This document shows, one piece after another, positions 18,816 through 26,700 of a stretch of 64,000 nt of DNA. A model generated the notes under the pieces. The model saw nothing but the letters and a program-made list of their open reading frames with translations. It was not told where the DNA came from and searched no databases. The DNA is from Gammaproteobacteria bacterium. GTDB lineage: Bacteria > Pseudomonadota > Gammaproteobacteria > Steroidobacterales > JABDLF01. The translations under genes and the position numbers were made by a program. Where the stretch lies: contig JABDLF010000073.1 in the NCBI GenBank assembly GCA_013003115.1, positions 9,025-73,024 of the forward strand, written 5' to 3'. Each line of letters starts with the position of its first letter. Within the stretch, counting starts at the first letter, position 1.

Positions 18816-19727
18816 TCAGGGCCCTTCCGCAGGCAGACTGACCCGACCCCGGGTGCTGGGCACGTCACCGCTCAGGAACTGCCACTCATAGACAAATCGA
18901 AGCACGTCGTAGTCCTTGCGAATTTCTTCAGGAAAAGGGTTGAAAGGCGCAGCGATGCGCAGAATCCGCAGCGCCGCCTGGTCAAGCAGCTTTTCCTGTG
19001 ACGAACGGACAACCCTGATTTCCCGTATGGACCCGTCGGCGTTGATGGCCACTTCGAGGACAGGCGAACCGGACAGTCCCGCTCGCCTGACATCGTCAGG
19101 AAAATTCAGCGTGCCGACCTCCTCGATGTGCGATCGCCAGTACGTCAGGTACGCGGCGAACTGACTGGCCCTTGCGTTCACCGTGATGATGTCCTCATCA
19201 GGGTTCTTACCCTGCGCCTTCAAAGCGCGTCGCACCTCGTCCAGCGCTGCCGCGCTGTCATCGCTGGCGAGCATGAGGCGGGCGGTACTCAGGCGGCGCG
19301 ACGGATCACTGACGGCCCATGGGACGCTTTCAACCCGACTTTCTGATTCGGAGCGCGTCACAAGGCGCTCGGTTGTGCGCGCCATCTGGCCGCCCTGCTG
19401 CGTTTCGAGAGCGTCACCGTCCAGCCGGCCGTCGTTTTGAAGACTGGGGTTATTTGAGGGCGCATTGGCCGGCCGCTCGCGCGCCTCCTCGCTGCCCGCA
19501 CCGATCTGGTTTTGCTGGGCGAGATACTCCGGATCCTCCGGGTCAAGCTCCGAAACGGCGCCCTGGACCATGACGACCTCAAGCGTATTGCTCTGCGGCG
19601 GTGCCGGCGGTGCCAGGAACGAGAAGCTGACACCGAGAATAATCAGGCCATGAAAAAGCGTTGCCACGAACAGCGTCGAAACCAGCCGATCTGCGCTGTC
19701 GTCCGCCGGGCCGGAATAAACACTCAT
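18816..19727 (-). CDS. TonB-family energy transducer (position equivalent to P. aeruginosa tonB3)
   Basis: N-terminal TM helix LVSTLFVATLFHGLIILGVSF, a long linker, and a C-terminal TonB_C-like region GSPVLEVAINADGSIREIRVVRSSQEKLLDQAALRILRIAAPFNPFP. It lies between yqgE and gshB. Confidence 0.72.
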   Translation of the reverse strand: MSVYSGPADDSADRLVSTLFVATLFHGLIILGVSFSFLAPPAPPQSNTLEVVMVQGAVSELDPEDPEYLAQQNQIGAGSEEARERPANAPSNNPSLQNDGRLDGDALETQQGGQMARTTERLVTRSESESRVESVPWAVSDPSRRLSTARLMLASDDSAAALDEVRRALKAQGKNPDEDIITVNARASQFAAYLTYWRSHIEEVGTLNFPDDVRRAGLSGSPVLEVAINADGSIREIRVVRSSQEKLLDQAALRILRIAAPFNPFPEEIRKDYDVLRFVYEWQFLSGDVPSTRGRVSLPAEGP

Positions 19728-19797
19728 GCCGGGTTTCCATCGAATTGAACACAGGAATTATACCGCCACCGGGCCAGGTGGGTGCCGCTCCTCTTTT

Positions 19798-20754
19798 TCA
19801 ACGAGAAGCCGAGATCTGGTCCATGAGTTGCCCGGCGATATCGAGGGAGAACATATTGTCGAGTTCGCGGATGCCGGTCGGGCTCGTGACATTGATTTCT
19901 GTGAGCTTGCCCCCGATGACGTCAAGGCCGGCGAACATGACACCAAGTCTGCTCAGCACCGGCCCGACCCTGGCACAGACAGCCCTGTCCCGGTCATCGA
20001 GTTTCCTGCCCTCGGCTTTGCCGCCTACCGCGAGGTTGCCGCGGTGGTCGCCGCCGGCAGGGATACGCGCCAGCCCGTATGGGATAGCTTCGCCAGCCAC
20101 CAGCAGGATGCGCGTGTCGCCGGTCTCGGTGATTTCGGGCACAAATTCCTGGGCCGTGGCAAAACGCCGTCCGTCGCCGGTGATGGTCTCGAGGATGACG
20201 TTGGCGTTGGCGTCCCCGTGGGTGACAACAAAAATTGATTTGCCGCCCATGCCGTCCATGGGTTTCACCACAATTTTCTGATGCCTGGCGAGAAACGCTT
20301 TCATGACGGCCATGCTGCGCGTGATCACCGTTGCCGGGCAAAGATCGGCAAACCAGGCGACGTATGCTTTCTCGTTAACGTCGCGTAATGCGCCGGGGTC
20401 GTTAATTACCCGAACGCCGGCGTCGACTGCGCGTTCCAGGATGTACGTACTCATCACGTATTCCATGTCGAACGGCGGATCTTTGCGCATCAGAATGACG
20501 TCAAGATCTGCCAGCGGCCGCTCGCGCCGGTCACCGAGGCGAAAAAACGACTCATTTGCATCTTTGACCTTGAGCGGCCGCATACTCGCAAGCGCCTCCC
20601 CGCTGTCGAGCCACAGGTCCTCGAGCTGCATGTATTGCAGCTCCCAGCCGCGCGCCTCGGCCGCCAGCAGCATTGCGAAGGTTGAATCCTTGTATGGCTT
20701 AATTGCGGCTATCGGATCCATCACGACGCCGAGTTTCAGCTTTTTGCCGGTCAT
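19798..20754 (-). CDS. gshB: glutathione synthetase
   Basis: KLGVVMDPIAAIKPYKDSTFAMLLAAEARGWEL matches the GshB N-terminus, followed by an ATP-grasp C-terminal half. Start trimmed from GTG 20769 to ATG 20754. Confidence 0.93.
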   Translation of the reverse strand: MTGKKLKLGVVMDPIAAIKPYKDSTFAMLLAAEARGWELQYMQLEDLWLDSGEALASMRPLKVKDANESFFRLGDRRERPLADLDVILMRKDPPFDMEYVMSTYILERAVDAGVRVINDPGALRDVNEKAYVAWFADLCPATVITRSMAVMKAFLARHQKIVVKPMDGMGGKSIFVVTHGDANANVILETITGDGRRFATAQEFVPEITETGDTRILLVAGEAIPYGLARIPAGGDHRGNLAVGGKAEGRKLDDRDRAVCARVGPVLSRLGVMFAGLDVIGGKLTEINVTSPTGIRELDNMFSLDIAGQLMDQISASR

Positions 20755-21024
20755 TACGTTTCCGTGCACTGATGCCGGCCGGGGGCGGCGGCATACGTTA
20801 AAATATCAGGGCTGGCCTGCGGTCGGCGCTAACTATACTCGATGTGAACCCGATGCTGTTCGGACCGCCAGGGTATTGACCGCAGCTTCTGTGACTGGCC
20901 CCGTGGCAGCGCCATGCCCGATGTGTTAAAAGTCACGGGATCAGCGGGATTTACACGGTTTCCGTGTTTAAGGCGCGCGCGGCGCCATGCGGGAGCCAGA
21001 GCTTTCTTAGTGCGGAGGTGTTTT

Positions 21025-21429
21025 GTGGCAGAGCTGAGCGAGAGGCCGGTGAATAGCCTCGATGGTCTGAAGGTGCTTGTCATTGATGACAGCAAGACAA
21101 TCAGGCGCACCGCCGAAACGTTGCTCAGCAAAGAGGGCTGCGAAGTATTTACCGCGACCGATGGCTTCGATGCCCTGTCCAAGATCGCCGATCATCATCC
21201 CGACATCGTTTTTATCGATATCATGATGCCGCGTCTCGATGGCTATCAGACCTGTTCTCTTATCAAGCACAACCGAACTTTTCGGCAGACCCCCGTCGTT
21301 ATGCTTTCCAGCAAGGACGGCCTGTTCGACCGGGCCCGGGGCAGGATAGTCGGCTCTGAGCAATATCTGACCAAGCCATTCACCAAGGAAGAGCTGCTCG
21401 GCGCGATCGAGAGGCATATTGGCAACTGA
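21025..21429 (+). CDS. pilG: CheY-like response regulator PilG
   Basis: LKVLVIDDSKTIRR...IVFIDIMMPRLDGY...VVMLSSKDG...YLTKPF. GTG start 7 nt after GGAGG; the track ORF (from 20914) is over-extended. Confidence 0.9.
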   Translation: MAELSERPVNSLDGLKVLVIDDSKTIRRTAETLLSKEGCEVFTATDGFDALSKIADHHPDIVFIDIMMPRLDGYQTCSLIKHNRTFRQTPVVMLSSKDGLFDRARGRIVGSEQYLTKPFTKEELLGAIERHIGN

Positions 21430-21459
21430 TCTCTTTGAATACAGCGGAGGGAGGCGCTC

Positions 21460-21825
21460 ATGGCTCTCATACTGATCATTGATGACTCTCCGACCGAAGT
21501 TCACGTTATGAAAACGGCGCTGGAGAAGCATGGATTTGAGACAGCAGTAGCCGAAAACGGCGCCATCGGTATTGCCAAAGCCCGCGACCTTCGGCCCGAC
21601 GTGATCCTCATGGATGTCGTTATGCCGGGCGTCAACGGATTTCAGGCGACGCGAGAGCTGGCGCGCAGCCCCGACACCTCTGACATACCGGTGATTATTG
21701 TTACCACAAAAGGCCTGCAGACGGACCGTATCTGGGGAATGCGCCAGGGCGCGGTCGAGTATCTGGTCAAGCCGGTAACCGAGACCAAGCTGGTTGATTG
21801 CGCCAGGGCAGCGCTGGGACACTGA
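21460..21825 (+). CDS. pilH: CheY-like response regulator PilH
   Basis: ILIIDDSPTE...VILMDVVMPGVNGF...VIIVTTKG...YLVKPV. Confidence 0.9.
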   Translation: MALILIIDDSPTEVHVMKTALEKHGFETAVAENGAIGIAKARDLRPDVILMDVVMPGVNGFQATRELARSPDTSDIPVIIVTTKGLQTDRIWGMRQGAVEYLVKPVTETKLVDCARAALGH

Positions 21826-21829
21826 TTGC

Positions 21830-22384
21830 ATGAATGCCGGCAAAGAACTTCGCAGTCTGCGCGACCGGCCTTTTGAGCTTCTCAAGGAGTTGGACAGGCG
21901 CAGCCGCGCGAGCCAGCACGGTCAGGAGGGGGCCGGTTCCGGCTCCGGTGAGTGGGTTGGCGTCGCAATCCGTTCGGCTGGCCAGCAGTGGCTTGTGCCA
22001 CGCGACGAAGTTCGCGAAATCATGGAGTTCCCGCCTACCACTCGCGTGCCCGGCGCTCGCGACTGGGTGCGGGGAATAACCAACGTCCGCGGCCGCCTCG
22101 TCCCGGTGGTGGATTTGCTCGCGTTCAATTCTGAAGGGCCCACTGACGTTGGCCGGGCAAGCAGACTGATCGTTGTAAACCATGCAGAAATCCCGGCGGC
22201 GATCCTGGTTGACGAGGTGATGGGTTTTCGGCGCTTCGCGGCAAACGAGTTTCTCGCCGCAGCGGAAACGGCAGACGACGGGGGTTTTGTGCTCGGTCGT
22301 TGTCGGCGGGGCAAGGAAGAATGGCCAGTTCTGAGTTTGGCTGGACTGGTCGAGAGTTCGCGATTTTCGGATGTCGCAGCGTAG
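21830..22384 (+). CDS. pilI: CheW-like coupling protein PilI
   Basis: CheW-domain pattern VAIRSAGQQWLVPRDEVREIMEFP...VPGARDWVRGITNVRGRLVPVVDL...LIVVNH. It lies between pilH and pilJ. Confidence 0.8.
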   Translation: MNAGKELRSLRDRPFELLKELDRRSRASQHGQEGAGSGSGEWVGVAIRSAGQQWLVPRDEVREIMEFPPTTRVPGARDWVRGITNVRGRLVPVVDLLAFNSEGPTDVGRASRLIVVNHAEIPAAILVDEVMGFRRFAANEFLAAAETADDGGFVLGRCRRGKEEWPVLSLAGLVESSRFSDVAA

Positions 22385-22432
22385 ACGCGCGATCGCCGAG
22401 TTCATGCAATACCCAATAGGCAGGAAGTTACG

Positions 22433-23734
22433 ATGGCTGACGAAACTAACCGAGGCGGCATGATCCTGACCCTGGCAATTGTGCAGGCAGCGCTTCTGCT
22501 TGTCGCCGTGGCACTCATGCTGATAATCACCGGCTTTGACCTGACCGCCGGCGGCATGGTTAAACCTTACATGCCCGTGGTCCTCGTGGCGCTGAGCCTG
22601 GGGGTTCTGGCTTTCCTGGTGGCGCGGCATCGTGCGGCAGTTCAGCGGCGCCTCGCAGAGCAGACGGACGCAGAAAAAAGCCAGCAGGCCATTCTGCGCC
22701 TGCTGGACGAACTCGGATCACTCGCGGATGGCGACCTGACAGTCCAGGCTACGGTCACGGAGGACATTACGGGGGCAATTGCCGACTCAATTAACTACGC
22801 AATCGAGGCCCTGAGGGAGCTGGTGACAACCATTGACAGCACCGCGAGCCAGGTCGAGGCAGCGGCGCGCCAGACCGAGGCAACATCAAGGCACCTGGCC
22901 AAGGCCAGCGATGATCAGTCAAACCAGATATTCGCTGCAACGGAGGCAATCACCAGCATCGCGGTGTCCATCGAGGAAGTGTCGGGCAATGCCGACAGGT
23001 CTGCCGATGTGGCGAGACACTCAGTTGACGTAGCGCACAAAGGCGCGGACGCCGTGCGACGCACGATCGACGGCATGAATACCATCCGCGAAACGATCCA
23101 GGACACCTCGAAACGCATCAAGCGACTGGGAGAAAGCTCACAGGAGATTGGCAATATTGTCGAGCTGATTAACGATATCGCCGAGCAAACCAACATCCTC
23201 GCGCTCAACGCTTCGATCCAGGCTTCCATGGCCGGCGAGGCCGGACGAGGGTTCGCGGTAGTCGCCGATGAGGTGCAGAGGCTGGCGGAACGCGCGGGTA
23301 ATGCCACGAGGCAAATCGAGGTTCTGGTGAAGACCATTCAAACCGACACCAACGAGGCGGTGGTGTCGATGGAGCGCAGCACGACGGATGTTGTCAGCGG
23401 CGCCATGCTCGCGGAAAACGCCGGAGCATCGCTGGGTGAAATTGAGCAGGTTTCGAATCAGATTGCGATCCTCGTGCAGAATATTTCCGGTGCGGCGCGA
23501 CAGCAGTCCACCGCGGCATCTGACGTAACGCGCACCATGGGGGTTCTGCGCGAGATCTCTGCGCAGACTGCCGAAGCCACCAGCGCGGCCTCCAGCTCCA
23601 TTGGCCGACTCGCTGTTCTGGCTGCCGACCTGCGCACTTCCGTTTCCGGTTTTACACTTCCAGGCATCGACGCTCCCGACGAAGGCGCCGAGGAGCCTTC
23701 AATACCTGAAACCCCGCAGGCGCGCATAGCCTGA
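22433..23734 (+). CDS. pilJ: PilJ-type methyl-accepting chemotaxis protein lacking a periplasmic ligand-binding domain
   Basis: Two TM helices separated by about 12 aa, a PilJ-like HAMP region (AILRLLDELGSLADGDLTVQATVTEDITGAIADSINYAIEALRELV), and the MCP signalling hairpin IAEQTNILALNASIQASMAGEAGRGFAVVADEVQRLAERA. Confidence 0.87.
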   Translation: MADETNRGGMILTLAIVQAALLLVAVALMLIITGFDLTAGGMVKPYMPVVLVALSLGVLAFLVARHRAAVQRRLAEQTDAEKSQQAILRLLDELGSLADGDLTVQATVTEDITGAIADSINYAIEALRELVTTIDSTASQVEAAARQTEATSRHLAKASDDQSNQIFAATEAITSIAVSIEEVSGNADRSADVARHSVDVAHKGADAVRRTIDGMNTIRETIQDTSKRIKRLGESSQEIGNIVELINDIAEQTNILALNASIQASMAGEAGRGFAVVADEVQRLAERAGNATRQIEVLVKTIQTDTNEAVVSMERSTTDVVSGAMLAENAGASLGEIEQVSNQIAILVQNISGAARQQSTAASDVTRTMGVLREISAQTAEATSAASSSIGRLAVLAADLRTSVSGFTLPGIDAPDEGAEEPSIPETPQARIA

Positions 23735-23747
23735 GCATGGACCGCAG

Positions 23748-26700
23748 ATGAACCCGGCTCAGGCAGTGCACAGCGACATGCAAAAGGTCGCGCTTGAATC
23801 CATGAGTGACGTGGGTCATGAACTCGCTCGCGCCATTGACGAGGCGCGGGTCAAGCTCGAAACATATCTTGAGCGCCGGGACAATCCCGATGCGCTGACC
23901 GACTGCGCCACAATTCTGCACCAGGCGCGCGGCGTTTTGACGGTCGTGGAAATGTATGGCGCAGCGCAGCTGGCGGAAGAAATGGAGCGCGTTTGCCGAT
24001 GCGTACTGGAAACGCCTGCCCGGCCTGAAACGGACGCCCTCGAAGTACTCAGCAGGTCGCTGGTTCAGCTGCCGGCCTATGTTGAGCGTTTGCTCGCGGG
24101 CGCTCGCGATATTCCCATGGTGCTTCTGCCGCTTCTGAACGATCTGCGAACCGTGCGCGGTGCGCCGCTCCTCAATGAAAACACGCTTTTTCTCCAAAGC
24201 CTGAGTCGCAGCAGCCGTCCGCCCGAAGTGCTCACGCGCAAAGCCGATGCGCGACCGCTCATCGAGCGCTGCAAAGATCTGCGCCCGCGCTTTCAGTCTG
24301 CGCTGCTGGGCTGGATCACGGGCAACTCGGCGCAGGACCAGGTCAAGCTCATGCTGGCAATCTGCATGGAGTTCGAAGAGGCGGCAAGCAACCCTGCCGT
24401 GCATCGGCTGTGGCGAGTTGTGGGCGCGCTTTTAGAGGCACTGCGTGAAAACGGCATTGAGGTTGGCGCCGCCGTCAAGCGACTTCTTGGACAGGTTGAT
24501 CGTCAGATCAAACGCATCATTGACGAAGGCGAAGAAAAATACGCAGAGTCTGCGCCAGACGACCTGGTCAATAACATGCTTTATTACATTGGTCGTTCGA
24601 GGGCCGGTGGCCGAAGAGTGGCAGACGTTAAGCGGGCTTTCGACCTTGAGAAACTGTTGCCGGCCGCCGACGAGGTCAATCGCGAGCGCCACAGCCTTGC
24701 GGGGCCGAGCCCCGACCTGATGCGCACCGTCGGCTCTGCTATCAAGGACGACCTGGCCCAGGTCAAAGACGGCCTCGATATTTTTCTGCGCCTCGGCAAA
24801 CAGGATTCGGCTGAGCTGGAGTCGCAGCGTGATCTTTTAAGAAAAATCGGCGACACCCTTGGCATGCTGGGTCTTGAACATTTGCGCCACGGCGTTGAGG
24901 CGCAGCGCGCGCGAATGGGGCAGCTTATAACGGGCGATAGCGACTCGCTGGAGCCCGTGCTCATGGAGATCGCCGGAAACCTGCTGCGCCTTGAAGATCG
25001 GCTGGACACAGAGCTTTTCGAACTGGTTGATCCGACGCAGGAGGACGCGCTGGAAGACGAGGGCAAAGAGCCGGACGCCGAGTTTCGTTCTGTAATGGTC
25101 GCCGTCACGGTGGAGTGCCTGGTTAATCTCGCGAAGGTAAAGGAAGCCATCGTCAATTATGTTGCGCACCCTGGTGACCGAAACATGCTGGAGCCTGTGT
25201 CGGCTCAGATGCGCGGCATTCGGGCGGCCATGCTCATTCTGGAAAAGGAGCGGGTCAGTGATCTGGTGGAGAGGATCGGTGACTATGTACAGCACCACAT
25301 ACGCTTCGCAGGAAGGCCTGCGACGAGTGCGCAGGTCGATCGCATCGCGGATGCGATAGTCAGTCTCGAGTATTACCTGGAGACAGTCAGGGCCGGCCGC
25401 GCTGATCCCTGGTACATGCTGGACAACGCGGAAGCCTGCATGAAGGCGCTGCGGCGTGCCGATGACCTGCCGGAGTTCGCTTCCTCTGAACAGGAAACCG
25501 TCAGCGTTACCCAGCTGTACGAGGCGGACAGCGAGATTGCGCATATGAGCACGACCAACGTGGCGTTTTCGCCGACGCGCGTGGTCAGCCCTGAGCGCAA
25601 AAAGTTTGAAGTTTTCGTGGCGAACGAGCGATCTGATCCTGAAATTCTCGAGATCTTTATCGAGGAGGCGAAGGAAGAGAGCGCGAGCATAGCCGCGAAC
25701 ATGGCAAAGTGGCAGGAGCAGCCCGCCGACAAGCAGGCAATACAGGACCTGAGGCGCTCATTTCATACGATCAAAGGCAGCGGCCGCATGGTGGGCGCAC
25801 AGCTGCTGGGCGAGTTCGCCTGGTCGCAGGAAAACCTGCTCAACAGGTTGATAGACGGCACCGTTCCGTTAAGTGATGAGGTTTTGCATACGCTGAAGGC
25901 GGCAGGCAGCGCGATTCCGGAGCTTATAGAGCAGCTGGAGGTGGGCACCGACCCTGACTACGACGTCGATAGCCTGATGGAAACAGCATGGTCACTCGCC
26001 GATGCGCCCGCAAGTGATTCCACGGAAACAATCGTCAGACCTGACGAGGCCCAACTCGGCGTCGCGGGCGGCATGGCCCGGACCGGGGAACAAGCTCCCG
26101 CGGCAGAAGCACCGACAAGCAACGCTATCGAGATGGATGTTGCCTTGCTGGAAATTTTTTCAAAGGAAACATCGAGCCATCTTGAGACACTGTGGGAATT
26201 CATTAAACGGTGTGAGGACAGAGACCCGCCGTTCGCATTGACCGAGGAAGTCCGGCGGGCAGTGCATACATTGCATGGCAGCGCGAATATGGCGTCAGTG
26301 GAGCCGGTGGTTGCCATCGCCGAGCCCCTCGATCATTTCATCAGCGAGGCCTACAACACTGGTCAGCGAATTCCGGCGAGTGCCTTGGGCGTGCTGGAGG
26401 ATGCCGCCGAGGCGATCCGTGCGCTCCTTGCGATGATTAATCAACCCGGCGAACTCCCGGACAACGCACAGCTGCTGGCGAGAGTTCGGGCGCTGCAGAG
26501 TGACGCGCTTGAGGTGGCAGTTCCAACCTCGGGTCTCGAAGTGGGCGAGTTCGAGATCCAATCGAGCGAAGAAGAGGGCGACACCATCGTAACCGAGCTG
26601 GTGGTTGCAGATGACGCAGAGCTGTTCCCGGATGTGGACGGGCATGAAACCGGTACTGAAGCCGAAACCCCGACAGAAGCGACTGACTCGGGCGACTTCA

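Noticed and set aside
21007-21885. 292-aa ORF on the minus strand spanning pilG and pilH
   Set aside because: It is antisense to two textbook CheY-like genes. The product is Arg/Gly/His/Pro-rich with no recognisable motif, which is a typical shadow ORF in GC-rich DNA.
23652-25544. Several 190-250-aa minus-strand ORFs (23652..24404, 24584..25156, 24837..25544)
   Set aside because: All are antisense to the N-terminal third of chpA. The plus-strand frame is continuous for 1897 codons and has recognisable Hpt, kinase and REC motifs.
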